From Malacoraja senta (Eukaryota): a stretch of DNA of 64,000 bases. Positions 23,440 through 36,169 of this stretch are shown piece by piece (position 1 is the first letter of the stretch; every line of letters begins with the position of its first letter). The notes beneath the pieces were generated by a model. The model saw nothing but the letters and a program-made list of their open reading frames with translations, was not told where the DNA came from and ran no database searches. The DNA is taken from NCBI GenBank assembly GCA_038087875.1, contig CM075987.1, positions 19,284,001 through 19,348,000 of the forward strand, written 5' to 3'. A program made the position numbers and the translations under genes.

Positions 23440-24827
23440 TATTTTTTTTATTTTAATTTTATTAGAAGTTAATACAATACAAAACAATACAGTGGCACCT
23501 AATTTTAGGTGCCAACTATGTCATAACGCAGTGCATTCTATGTACAACCTCTAGTTTTATGTTTTTGAAAAGGAGGTAAAAATTTTTTTAAAAGAAAGAA
23601 AAAATAAATAGAGAAAAGAAAGAGGAAAAATAAATAGTAGAAAATAGAAAAACGTGAAGTGTGTATATAAGAAAAGAAAAAATAGAAAGTAGAAATAGTA
23701 GAAAAAGACCCTTAAAAAAGAAATTTTCAAATCTTTGTTTGGAGATGTAAATCTATCCACGACCTGACCTGAAATCAGTAATCTTTACGGTACTGCTGCA
23801 TCACATGATTCCAAAAAGTCGATGAAAGGTGACCAACTCCTTAAGAATTGGTCATATTTATCTATTAGGTGGAGTCTCATTTCTTCAAGATGTGCTATGT
23901 CCGTCATATTCCTAATCCACATTTTAATAGTTGGTATAGCTGTATTTTTCCAAAATGTAAGTATCAATTTCTTTCCAATTATTAACCCATAATTAAAGAA
24001 TACTTTTTGGTCTTTGTTTAAATTGCTATCTTCTAATATTATTCCAAATATAATCCATTCCATATTAGGTTCTATTCTTGACTTGAAGAGCTTTGTAAAT
24101 ATATCAAATATATCGCTCCAAAATGTATTCAACTTTGTACATCTTACAAATGAATGTGTTATATTGGCATTTTGAAACAAACATTTATCGCATCTGGGAG
24201 AGACATTTGGGTAAAATTTATTCAACCTCGTTTTTGAATAATATAGTCTATGTAATAATTTAAATTGAATTAAATTATGTCTTGCATTAATGGAACAATT
24301 ATGTGTATTCATCAGATACTTTTCCCATCTATCTTTCAGGATCTTTATCATTAGTTCATGTTCCCAATCGTCTCTTAGTGCCTCTGTAAGGGTAATTCTC
24401 TATTTAATATACTATTATAAAAATATGATATTAGTTTTTCTGAATCAGCCTTAATATTCATTGCTTCTTCTAAAGGGTCTAAAAATATAGTTTGAGATCT
24501 ATGTATATATTTCTTCATAAAGTCACATATCTGTATATATTTAAAATATTGATTATCATTCAGTTTAAATTTTAATTTTAATTGTTGAAATGATAACAAT
24601 TTGCCCAGTTCATACATATCTCCTACTTTCCCAATCCCCAATCTATCCCATTGTTTATATGTTTTATCGATAAGAGATGGTTTGAATGCAGGATTATTCA
24701 GAATTGGGGTTAATACTGATAGATTATTTAATTTCAAGGATAATTTTATTTGTTTCCAAATTCTTATTGTATTGTGAATAATTGGGTTCTTCTTATATAT
24801 CATACTATTCAATTTTATTGGTGAGAT
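23440..24827 (-). mobile_element. 5'-truncated L1-clade LINE (ORF2 C-terminus, 3'UTR, A-rich tail)
   Basis: ORFs 24375-24812 and 23785-24351 (one frameshift) encode IQFKLLHRLY..TRLNK and the CCHC knuckle CDKC..ANITHSFVRC. An A-rich tail lies at ~23440-23463. A 10-bp TSD AATGAATTTT is at 23430-23439 and 24828-24837. Confidence 0.92.
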
Positions 24828-25082
24828 AATGAATTTTAGGCTAACAAGGCAGTTAAAGCATTTCTACAGATGCAAATTCAATAAAGAGCTTTTCTCAAGC
24901 CCAATATCGTATTAAACTATTAAAAAAATCACGTGATGAATCTGTTTCTTTTACGCTAAAAAATGAAGGTAAAATGATTAATCTGGCACCAATTCAACGA
25001 CATTATGTAAAGTACATGCATTCTCGTCACATGTGTAGATAAATCAGTATATTGAACTTTATTAGAAAAAGACTGCATGATA

Positions 25083-25582
25083 GGGTGCCACGGTGGCGCA
25101 GCGGTAGAGTTGCTGCCTTACGGTGCTTGCAGCGCCGGAAAGCCAGGTTCGATCCTGGCTACGGGTGCTGTCTTTACAGAGTTTGTATACTCTCCCCGTG
25201 ACCGCATGGGTTTTCTCCGAGCTTTTTGGTTTCTTCCCACAATCCAAAGACGTATAGGTATGTAGGTAGGTAGGTGGACAAAAATGCTGGAGAAACTCAG
25301 CGGGTGACGCAGCATCTATGGAGCGAAGGAATAGGTGACGTTTCGGGTCGAGACCCTTCCTCAGACTGATTTGGGGGGGGGGGGGGTCGGGAAGAAGAAA
25401 GGAAGAGGCGGAGACAGTAGGCGGTGGGATGTAGGTAAATTGGCTTGGTATATGTGTAAATTGTCCCTAATGTGTGCCATATAGTCAATGTGCAAGGATT
25501 GCTGGTCGGTGCGGACCCGGTGGCCAAAGGGCCTGCTTCCGTGCTGCATCTCTAAACTAAACACAACTGAACTAAACTAAAC
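25083..25582 (+). repeat. HE1/V-SINE-like tRNA-derived SINE interrupted by a Penelope-derived fragment
   Basis: A box GGTGGCGCAGCGG, B box GGTTCGATCC, conserved core and (CTAAA)n tail. An insert at ~25272-25428 is flanked by duplicated TGTAGGTA. Confidence 0.85.
25334..25369 (-). ncRNA. Putative minimal hammerhead ribozyme core
   Basis: The minus strand reads CAGT-CTGAGGA-A-GGGT-CTCG-ACCC-GAAAC-GTC-ACC, with all core positions intact. Confidence 0.55.
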
Positions 25583-26759
25583 TCAGTTAGTCAGTTCATC
25601 ACAAGCGTGCATCTGCTCCTGTTTTGTATGTTAGAAATAAATTATGTATTAGTTGTTTAAATGTTTATTACTGCATGTTATTAATGTCATACCTTTTAAG
25701 CATTGTACAAAAGGCACAAGCTATGTCAGTGCTGCACTGAGTTGTCAATCCCTCTCTCCTGCACAAGCAGTGAAGAGATAGTTGAAGTAAATGGAAAGTA
25801 AACTGAAGTGTAAAGTCGAGGGGACGAGCAATACTGAGTTTGGTTTCAGAACACGTTGCTGGAAAAGAACAGAGCAAAGCTTATTTTGTTTCTAGTCATG
25901 CACTATCTAGGAATGCTTGATACAAACACTTCATGCCAAAAGTAGGAGCATGTTCCTGCACTGACCACTGATAGTTTAGTGGCTGTAAAGCACTAGAATT
26001 TCTGAAATCTTGAAACGCTCTAAGTATAAACGTTGATTGTTCGCCTAAGGGATGACAGAAAAACCGTAGACTCAGACACCAGGCAAGAAACAAGGTATGC
26101 ATTTTGCCCAAAAGTTTCCCAAGAATGAATTGTGCTGTGTTCTAAAAGTTGTTACTGCACAATGTCTTTTTGCAAAGCACAACAAAACCAGAATTTGTGT
26201 ATGGATTCCAAGTGAGAATATCGTGCTTTCATAAAATTAATTCAAAATGTTTATGCTCTGCAGCTTAACATCATGGGCTTAAGGGCCTGTTCCTGTGCTG
26301 CGCTGTTTTATGTTTTAACACTAGCACGAGAATAGATTTGTTCTTTGATTATATCTGGGTGGACTTTACAGGAAAGATCGTGGATCGCATGCAGCACAGG
26401 TTTACTCAAATAATACTGAGAATATTAAGTTGTAACTATGACTAAAGATTGATGTTGAGGAGGTGACTTTTACCACTTGAAATGAGGACATCTAAAAGGT
26501 TTTGGACAAATCTAAAAGGTTAAAGAGAACGTAATCACAGTAGGATATCAGGAAGCCATTAGTTGCAGAGGAAGATTGTTACACAACCTATGAGGTCTGC
26601 ATTCAAAATGCTGATCCCAGAAGTGAAATGTTAATGCATTAGTTCAACTCATCCAATGGGAAAGTCATAAACTATTGTGCGCGCAGTCATACTGTGAGGA
26701 ATCCATGCTGAAACTTCGCAGATCTCACAATGCAGACGTATGAGCACAGACAGGAGGCA

Positions 26760-27070
26760 TTGGATTAGACAGTCAGAACCGTTTTTCCTAAGATTAGGAA
26801 TGTCAAACTCTAGAGGGTCACGGTTTTAGGTGAGAGGAGCAAACTTTAAAGGAGATGTGCGGGGTAAATTTTGTTTTTACAGAGAGGTGGGTACCTGGAA
26901 TACTCTGCCAGGTGTGGTAGTGGAGGCAGATAGGAAAGTGGCATTTGAGGCTTTTGGATATGCTGGGAGAGCGGTGGGATTTGGACCTCTGCAGGAAACT
27001 GAGATTAGTTTAACTTGACATCATGTTAGGCACGGACATTTTGGGACAAAGGGCCTGGTCCTGTGCTATG
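26760..27070 (+). mobile_element. CR1 3' fragment
   Basis: SRGSRF.VRG..FKGDVRGKF..R.V.TWNTLP..VVEA and the tail AAGGGCCTG..CTGTGCT. Confidence 0.75.
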
Positions 27071-27194
27071 TAATCATATTGTAAAACTTGTTAGGTTTCA
27101 GCTGCGTCATTCTCGTATTTTAGAACATGTTCTCGCCTGGTAGAATATAATTCTGGTACAGTATAATTCAGTTGCCTCTATTATTCTGCAGTTG

Positions 27195-27506
27195 GATTCA
27201 AGTCAAGTCAAGTGAGTTTATTGTCATGTGTCCCTGGTAGGACAATGAAATTCTTGCTTTGCTTGAGCACAACAGAACATAGTAGGCATTTACTACAAGG
27301 CATTCTATAAATATATACACAATGGTCAATATACTGATAAAGTGCAAATAACAGTATTGGCTAATAAAGTTCAGTGTTATGTCCGAGCCAGGTTTAATAG
27401 CCTGATGGCTCTGGGGAAGTAGCTGTTCCTGAACCTGGTCGTTGCAGTCTTCAGGCTCCTGTACCTTCTACCTGAAGGTAGTAGGGAGATGAGTGTGTGG
27501 CCAGGA
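27195..27506 (-). mobile_element. Rex1/Babar LINE 3' fragment
   Basis: Similar to 28884-29215 (LPSGRRYRSLKT.TTRFRNSYFP.AIRLLN), with a (CTTGA)n tail. Confidence 0.8.
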
Positions 27507-28881
27507 TTAACGTTGTGCTGCAGTAATTAACGTTGTGCTGCAGTAATTAACTGTAATTAAGTTCCCCAGCTATAAGGATCAATTCAAATTTATGCCTTGG
27601 GGTCATTATTTACATTACCAACCACCTTGTTCCCAAATCTGAAAAATGAGAAAGCCCTTCAGTTAGGTAATCTCAAGAGTGGCCATTGACTGTTTGGATT
27701 CCAATAAGGAATCCTGCTTTAAAGTAATATCTATTTTTATTTTCAAATGTTGATCAAATCAACTTATGTCTTTCCTATTTTTGTTATTCAAAATAATTTG
27801 GCCACACCATTGCGAGTTCTGCAGAAGGTGCTTTCACAGGCACGGTATTTTGTTTCTTATTATAACCTCCTCAAGTCCCGTGCCATTTTGAGGCACCGTG
27901 TTTTATCAAGTGGAAGGGCTTTTTTAGCATCGACAATGGAGACTTCATTTTGTCCTGCCAAGAAATTAAGTGTTTCCATAACTCTGAGATTAGAATAATT
28001 CCTGGTTATGATTGTGCAATGTGCGAGCCTGATGATGAGGTTTTCAAAGTGTATATCTAACACAACACAGAGTCACATCTTATCTGCGCTCCTTCCCATA
28101 CATATTCTGCATCCATGTGACCAGTGTTTAGCTGCGTACCGTGACATGTAGCAAGTAGCAGGGCACATTTGTGACATGCCAGACGTGAGGTGAAGCAGCT
28201 GCCGAGTTTATCACATTCAAAATGTTTCTCTCATGCTGTAAATGATTACCTATTAAAATATGAAAACTATCCACCCTGGGATATTGCATGAATATGGAAC
28301 AGAACTGTTTTAAAACTGCTTTCAACCAAATAGAATATAATTTGATTTTGAACCGAATGTGCTACATGGAAAAACTTGTGCAGACACTGACTCTTTAAGG
28401 AGGGAGGTTAGTGGAGTCAGATGCTCAAGGGCAAACTGTGGGTGTGGGGGGTAGGAAAACAGGGAGAATGTAAAGGATTAAAGGAGCTGGATTGTTCATG
28501 CATAAAGTTGCAATAAAATCAGGTCTGATTGCCTACAACCTGTGCTGTAACTTTCTGTGATTCTATTCTGCAACTCACCAATTCTCAGGAGCTATGTTTT
28601 AGTTTAATTGATTTATTATTATATATAGTCATGAATCAAACCCAGATCCCTTTAGAATCACACAGTTTAGCAGATTCCACTTCCATCCAACACCCTGCTC
28701 CAACTGACAAAAAACGAAACCCCTCAAATCAGAAAGTGCCAGAAAATTCTATAAAAATTATCTGTTGGTCTTGGTGTTGAAATTATCAATTGTTGCTCTA
28801 TCTACAACTTGCAGTGATTGCGGGGAGGGGGGGGGGGGGCATTTACATCTCAAAATGACATTGGATCTCTCATTTGACAAT

Positions 28882-29580
28882 AGATTCAAGATTCAAGAGA
28901 GTTTATTGTCATGTGTCCCAGATAGGACAATGAAATTCTTGCTTTGCTTCAGCACAACAGAATATTGTAGGCATAAATAAATACAGAACAGATCAGTGTG
29001 TCCATATACCATTGAATATATATATATATATATATACACACATAAATAACCAGATAAAGTGCAATAGGCTATTAAAGTTCAGATTTTTGTTTGAGTTGAG
29101 TTTAATAGTCTGATGGCTGTGGGGAAGAAGCTGTTCCTTAACCTGGATGTTGCAGATTTCAGGCTCCTGTACCTTCTACCTGAAGGCAACGGAGAGATGA
29201 GTGTGTGGCCAGGATGGTGTGGGTCCTTGATGATGCTGCCAGCCTTTTTGAGGAAGCGACTGCGATAGATCCCCTCGATGGTAGGAAGGTCAGAGCCGAT
29301 GATGGACTGGGCAGTGATTACAACTTTTTGCAGTCTTTTCCCCTCCTGGGCGCTCAAGTTGCCGAACCAAGCCACGATGCAACCGGTCAGCATGCTCTCT
29401 ACTGTGCACCTGTAGAAGTTTGAGAGAGTCCTCCTTGACATACTGACTCTCCGTAATCTTCTCAGGAAGTAGAGGCACTGATGTGCTTTCTTTATAATTG
29501 CATCAGTGTTCTGGGACCAAGATATGCACGCCCAGGAATTTGAAGCTCTTGACCCTTTCCACCATCGACCCATTGATATA
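28882..29580 (-). mobile_element. Rex1/Babar LINE, 5'-truncated
   Basis: ORF 29079-29573: KKAHQCLYFLRRLRR..NFYRCTVES.LTGCIVAWFGN..KKAGSIIKDPHHPGH..LPSGRRYRS..NSFFPTAIRLLN. The 3'UTR has a stem-loop, TGACAATAAA and (CTTGAAT)n. Confidence 0.88.
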
Positions 29581-30079
29581 AGATCCCCTGATAAGATCTG
29601 AGTGTCATTGATGTGTACTGATTAATATCTTTATGTATTATACAAACTGCCACACTCGTTAACCTGTAAAGAATTGGGTGATATTTTAGAGTTATTATGT
29701 AACAAAAGATATGCATTTCCATTATGCTGTTCACAGCCTCAAGTTTTCCTGAAGTACTTTATAGACAATGAGTCTGCCCAGTAATAAAATAATCTCCAAA
29801 TAATCTGTAGCACTGGTATAGATTAGGAGATGAGCATGAACCAATTTTGCAGAGTATAACGATTCTTGCCATTGAAACTTGATGTGAACCCCACTTTTCC
29901 ATTAGTGGAAAATATAAATTAGCATGTCCCACCTTCGATTGCCTCTTCAAGCAATAGGTTGAGTATACATTTGAACAAAATGTTGTTTCTCACGGGGCTG
30001 AGGTGCAAGGTGCATAGTGGTTGATATTGAGTGCAGCGTGTGTGTGTGTTTTAGTTGAGGTGTGTGTGTACGTTGGGGG

Positions 30080-30830
30080 GCAGCAGGATGTTCATCATTC
30101 TAAGCCAGGGGAAGAAGCTGTTGCACATTATGATGGTACTAGCCTTGATGCTCCGGTACCTCATGGTACCTCCGGTACCTCCTGGCAGAGGGGCAAAGAG
30201 TTCATGGGAGGGGTGGGAGGAGTCCTTTATAATGTTAGAGGCTTTTCGGAGGCATCGTTTGCTGAAAATGTCCAGAATGGATGGGAGAGACTCTCAGATG
30301 ATGTTCTCCGCTTTCCTGACTAATCGCTGCAGGGTCTTCCTGCCTGATGCGGTGCAGTTGCCGTACCAGGTGGTGATGCAGCTGGTCATGACACTCTCTA
30401 TGGTACCTCTGTAGAACATAGAGAGAATGGGTGGGGGAAGCCTCGCCCATTTCAGACTCCTGAGGAAGTACAGCCTCTGCTGAGCCGTCCCGGCCAGTTG
30501 TGTAGTGTTGAGAGACCAGGAGAGGTCATCAGCGAGGTGCACCCCTAGGAATTTGATGTTGCTCACCCTCTCTACGATGGAACCATTGATGTGCAGGGGG
30601 GAATGGGCAGCTTGCATTCTCCTGAAGTCTACAATCATCTCTTTGGTCTTGGTGATGTTCAGAGACAGATTGTTGTCTTTGCACCGGTTCCCAAGCTGCG
30701 CCACTTCTTCTCTGTAAGCAGAGTCATTGTTGTCTCTGATGAGGCCCACCACTGTAGTGTCATCTGCGCATTTGATTATTTGGTTGGTGTTGTGTTTGGC
30801 GGCACAGTCGTGGGTGAGTGGTAGTGCCCT
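30080..30830 (-). mobile_element. Second Rex1/Babar RT fragment
   Basis: THDCAAKH.TN.IIKCADDTTVVGLI..NNDSAYREEV..L...CKDNNLSLNITKTKEMIVDFR..KFLGVHL..QRLYFLR. Confidence 0.88.
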
Positions 30831-31807
30831 GCAAATGGGTTGAATAGCGAGGATGAACGGTTGACTTCCTTCCACATCTATTAGATGGGACTGACCTTAC
30901 TTTCTGCTCCAGCTTGTCTGTGCCGCACATCATGTGCTGTTACTAGTGAATGTTGTTCAGATGAGACTACACAAAAAGTAATTCAACTGAGAATGCTCTG
31001 CTCACTCACAGCTTATAATCGAAATGTTGACTATAAAATCATGTAAATGCTGATTATGGTCATTGATATGTCACAAACATTAAATTTTACTGAGTTTTAT
31101 GTCATTTTATGTTATTGTTTTCATTGCAATACAATGTTAAAATAAATTTAGAAACCATCCAGCCTGTCAGGCACAACTTTAGAACGAGTAAACGGTCTCA
31201 GTGTGAATTTCAGCAGCATTGGATTCCTTTCCTATTTAGATCCCTCACCCCCCCTGCCCATGAGGTCAGCACTTCAGGTCAGCTGTCTTGCATCATAACA
31301 GTTCCTAACTTTCATACTGTGACAAGTTTTGAATGACTAGTGTTAGAAGAATCATTTTGTATAGGTGCGTGTAAAGGTAAAAAAAGAGAATATTGAAAAT
31401 GTTCCTTTTTTTCTATTGTACTTATTGATTTGCATCAAAAGCATGGTATGAACAGTTTGTTAACAATTCGAGGTTCTTCCAAAGAGCAAAATGCCAGAGC
31501 AACTTGGCAAGTCAGGTAGCAGCTGTGGAGGGAGTATATAGAAACTTTTCAAGTCTGGATCCATCTTCCAGTGGGTCTTCAAACCTATCCATTTTCTCCA
31601 CAGATGCTGCTTGACCTTGCTGAGTTACTCCGAACTTTGTGTTTTGCTCAAGATTCCAGCATCTGCAGTTCCTTGCATCTTCTTCCAGATCATATTTAAT
31701 AAAATCTTTTATTCTTATTGCCTAAATATAGTAAATTATTGATATTGTCCAAAATATTAAATCAACATTAAATTCACATTTTGTTAATTATAACCTTATT
31801 TGTTTAG

Positions 31808-31967
31808 AGGGTAAACCGGGATCCTTCAGATGAAGACTGCTTCTTCGATCTACTAAGTCGCTTCCAAAGTAATCGTATGGATGACCAGCGCTGCACATTT
31901 GAAGAGCAACAAAATGGCTTGACTGGGAGTGCATCAACCCCAGTGTCTCCTCTGCAGGACAGAATAT
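31808..31967 (+). CDS. GPSM1: GPSM1/AGS3 exon, GoLoco motif 1
   Basis: Acceptor TTTTGTTTAG and donor GTGAGT; 160 nt, phase 0 to 1. Encodes RVNRDPSDEDCFFDLLSRFQSNRMDDQRCTFEEQQNG...QDRI. Confidence 0.95.
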
Positions 31968-32759
31968 GTGAGTACAAGATGAGAGTGTTAAATAAGTAAC
32001 ATAGTATGTCCAGTGATTTGTTCAAGATACCAACATCTGCAGTCTTCTGTGTCTCTATTTAACTTGAGTGTTGGTTTAAGCCACCTCCCCCGGTGTTCAT
32101 CATTGCTCTTGTCTTGGTCCAGCTGCTGCAACTCTGTAGCAGGCCACAGTAGAGTTCCAATTGAACACCATCACTTTCAGACGAAAGGTCCATCTATGTT
32201 GATTTGAGGAATAACCAAATTTTACTTCGGAGTCACGTGAGTGACTACGTGAAGAAGCCCGCCAGCCGCGTGCGCGTCAATACGTCTAACGCATTGCGCA
32301 ACGACTGGCTGGGAGGCGCGTCGCCCCTCCAGCGGTAAGTTTCAAACCCTGCAGGTAAGTTTAAAACTTATTTTCAGGTTGTATGTTTCGTTGCAAGAAT
32401 CTCTTTTACAGAGTTTCCTGCTGGATATGGAAATCCGGGGCGAAATCCAGACGGGCCGCGGGGAAACCGGCTACGGAAGACCGCGGGAGTGCGGGTAGCC
32501 GTCGGCCGTCGGGTTCGCTACCCGAGTCGCTGACAGTGCGGTCAGCGACTTCAGACTTTGGCAACCCCAAACGGGTGTACAGCCAAATGGAGTCTGAGAG
32601 GCCTGGACTGGGACGAGTCAGGCCAGGAGGGTTCCCCTCCGACAAACATGGGTACGTCCTCGGGCGTTTATCCCAGATGGAGCATGGATAACGTCCTCGG
32701 GCGTTCATCCCACAAAGGTGATGCTCCATCATGATATGGTCTGTGAAACGGGGCCATAT

Positions 32760-33262
32760 CAGCGCAGGTCCACGAGATTGATCCCTGGGATGGCGGGACT
32801 GTCATATGAGGAAAGATTGAAAAGACTAGGCTTGTATTCACTGGAGTTTAGAAGGATGAGGGGGGATCTTATATAGAAACATATAAAATTATAAAAGGAC
32901 TGGACAAGCTAGATGCAGGAAAAATGTTCCCAATGTTGGGCGAGGCCAGAACCAGGGGGCACAGTCTTAGAATAAAGGGGAGGTCATTTAAAACTGAGGT
33001 GAGAAAAAACGTTTTCACCCAGAGAGTTGTGAATTTATGGAATTCCCTGCCCTGCCACAGAGGGCAGTGGAGGCCAAGTCACTGGATGGATTTAAGAGAG
33101 AGTTAGATAGAGCTCTAGGGGCTAGTGGAGTCAAGGGATATGGGGAGAAGGCAGGCACGGGTTATTGATAGGGGACGATCAGCCATGATCACAATGAATG
33201 GCGGTGCTGGCTCGAAGGGCCGAATGGCCTCCTCCTGCACCTATTTTCTATGTTTCTATGTC
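32760..33262 (+). mobile_element. Young CR1 3' fragment nested in the DIRS ORF1 region
   Basis: [50 protein letters not shown], the CR1 3'UTR and a (TTTCTATG)n tail. Confidence 0.92.
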
Positions 33263-34619
33263 TCCTTGGGGGGCTGCGGCAGCGCCTATTTCAGGGCTGC
33301 TTACAAATCTCCCTCTATGTGGAGGGGACTGCCAGTGTATGACGGACTCCAAACTCGGAAGTATGTCCGTGGAACATACTGGAATACATGCGTGAGGTTC
33401 AAGAATTGTCTGTCATGGCATCAAGGGTTGCGATATCCTCGCAAACAAAGGAGCCGCTGCAGGAAGAGTTGGCTTCCAGCCATTGGCAGAAAAACCGGGG
33501 GGGGGGGGCCAGAGGGACGTCTTCCCTCCATGTTTTCAGAGGTGGGGAACAGTTCCCCTCACGTTACAAGCTTTGTAGGCATTAGCTACCTCACGTCACA
33601 TCATTACAGGAACAGGTGACGGCTGCAAAATACCATACACCTGTAAATTGTGCATTCCTGAAAGTGCCGGCAGTGAACAGCGCTATCTGGGGAGACATTG
33701 GAGGGGGCATCAAAACCCAGGAAATGAAACTCCAACAAATTTTTAAAAATTACTGGCCTCGGGCATCATGGCATTTGCCAAATCTGTGGATGGCGGGCTA
33801 TCGGACGTCCAGCAGGATGCCCTGGCGTTGATGTGCAATGCACACTTTGAAATGAACTGCTTTCAGAAGAACACCATCAGACCTGCCTTAAATCCCAAAT
33901 TTGCAGGCTTATATAAGGCCAGCAATGTCCAGCCGCCGAATCTTCTCTTCGGGGAGGACCTACCCAAACAGGTAAAAGATCTGGATGAGGAAGCAAAAGC
34001 TGTCGGACTAATCAAGATACCAACGACGAACAAAGCTTCCATTTCGGCGACAACACCCCTACAGCCTCCATCGGCAGTGAGGCGATTCACTGAAGCTGGT
34101 GGCAGCTCAAAAGCTCAGAGGTCTTTTAGGCCAAGGCCCAAGGCGGCCCTCAGGGAAAATGCGCAATCCACGCACCCCAGCAGTCCTACCTCAAAATCTC
34201 GAGGACGGAAATAGAACCCGCATCAGGTGCCTTTTGTGCATACCATAAGACCACCGGTAACCATGGAGGTATGTGGGTCTGTTCTTTCCGAAACATGGGG
34301 TGTGTGGACCAGTTACAAGTTGGTGATAGATTACACTTGGTTTTTGCACGAATGGCAATGGATAACATCAGATCCGTTTATAAAATAAAAGGATAACATC
34401 AGATCAGTTTATACTGCACAGTATACAAGGGTTCAAAATTGAATTTTCCTTTAACTCATTGCCACCCATACAATATGCACCAAGTTGGGCATTTATTCAC
34501 TCCAAACAAAAAGGTTTGGATATACAAGCAGGTATCCAAACAAGTAAAAGATCTGGATGAGGAAGTAAAGCTGTCGGGTTAATTAAAGCACCCACGACGA
34601 GCCAAGCTTCACCGTTTTG

Positions 34620-35730
34620 GCGACGACACTCTGCGCCTCCAAAAAAGAAAGATGGAGGGTGTCGGATCATCCTTGATTTAACTCACACTTAACTCACATG
34701 TGCAGTATAGACATTTTAAAATGGGGAATTTTCGTTACTGTCTAACAACTGATTCTCAAAGTATGCTTTATGGCATGCATCGATCTCAAAGATGCCTACT
34801 ATTCAGTTCCCATTCACAGGGATCACCGGAGATATTTGAAATTTAGCTGGATGAGGCAACGATAGCAGTTAAAGCGTTGCAAAATGGGCTACCTTCAGCT
34901 CCCAGGTTTTACCAAATTACTAAGGCCGGTGCTTGGGCTGCTCAGAGCTCAAAAACACATTGTTTTTGGCCTTACTGGATGATATTTTAAAATGCTGTAT
35001 TTGGCTAAATTAGCTGTTTCAGCTGCGAAACTAATATTTGAGAATTGGGGTTTCTCATCCATCCAGTTAAATTTTAAGTTGATACCAACTAGATTGGGAT
35101 TTACCTTTAACTCTATTAATTTATCTGTGACTCCACCCTGGGGCAAGAGATTAGAATTAATAGAAGCCTATAACAACGTTGTTGTTATGAAGCAATCTTC
35201 TATTCGTCAGGTGGCTAGTGTAATTGGCAATATAGTGGCTATCTTTCCAGCTGTGCAATTTGGGCCTTTGCATTATCAGAACTTACAACGTGCAAAGGAG
35301 CAAGCTCTCAAGTACCATTTTAGGTCATTGTTAACAGACCTATGCTATTACCAGCTGAAGCTATCAGAGTTACAATGGTGGACGAACAGTATTCAGCATT
35401 GCTCCAGTAAAGTTTTTGGTCAGTAAACCTTCAGTTATATTACAAACTGATGCTAGTGCTCCAAGATGGGAAATTACTAATACCATCTCTAGTTACGGAG
35501 GCGGATGGGATGTGCATGAGTCACCAATTCTTCAGTTATATGGTATCAACTACCTAGAGACACTGGGGGCATTCTATGGGTTTAAAGGCTTATTGTGCGA
35601 ATATGCATAATCTGCATGCTCAACTACAAGTTGATAACACTACGGTGGTGGCATATATTAATCACTTGGGTGGAATCAAGTCAGTATCCTGTGATAATTT
35701 ATCTAACCTCATTTGGCGCTGGTGCATCGT
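34620..35730 (+). pseudogene. DIRS reverse transcriptase-RNase H remnant
   Basis: KKDGGCRIILDL, YRHFKM, CIDLKDAYYSVPIHRDHRRYLKF, GLPSAP, LDDIL, QTDAS, INYLE and QVDNTTVV, spread over several frameshifts. Confidence 0.88.
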
Positions 35731-35739
35731 CACGTAAAT

Positions 35740-36169
35740 TCAATGACAACACAGAATGGATGTTGGATCACAAAGTATTTAATGACATTGTTGCTCGATA
35801 TGGAACACCGAATATCGATTTGTTTGCATCTAGGCTCAATCACCAGTTGCAAAAATATGTGGCATGGCAGCCAAACCCAGGGGCAGTGGCGATAGATGCA
35901 TTCTCGCTACACTGGGGAGGAATGTTCTTTTATGTCTTTCCTCATTTTGCCACATCAGTCGGGTCTTGAAAAAAACCCAGCAAGATTCCGCTTCATTCAT
36001 TTTCGTCGTGCCTGACTGGCCTATGCAGCCATGGTTCCCGCTGATGTTGGGAATGATTATAGAACCTTATATGGTTATCTCTAAACACACAAAAATTGCT
36101 GGTTCATCCCGTGACTCGGGAAGCCACCCTCTGTGTGATAGAATCAATTTATTGATTTGCAGACTCTAA
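35740..36169 (+). pseudogene. DIRS Dam-like N6-adenine methyltransferase domain remnant
   Basis: EWMLDHKVF..YGTPNIDLFASRLNHQLQKYVAW.P.PGAVAIDAFSLHW..YVFPHF..VVPDWPMQPWFP. Confidence 0.8.

Noticed and set aside
25083..25165. tRNA gene (also 40299-40370)
   Set aside because: The A/B boxes belong to SINE heads followed by SINE core and LINE-like tail; no complete cloverleaf.
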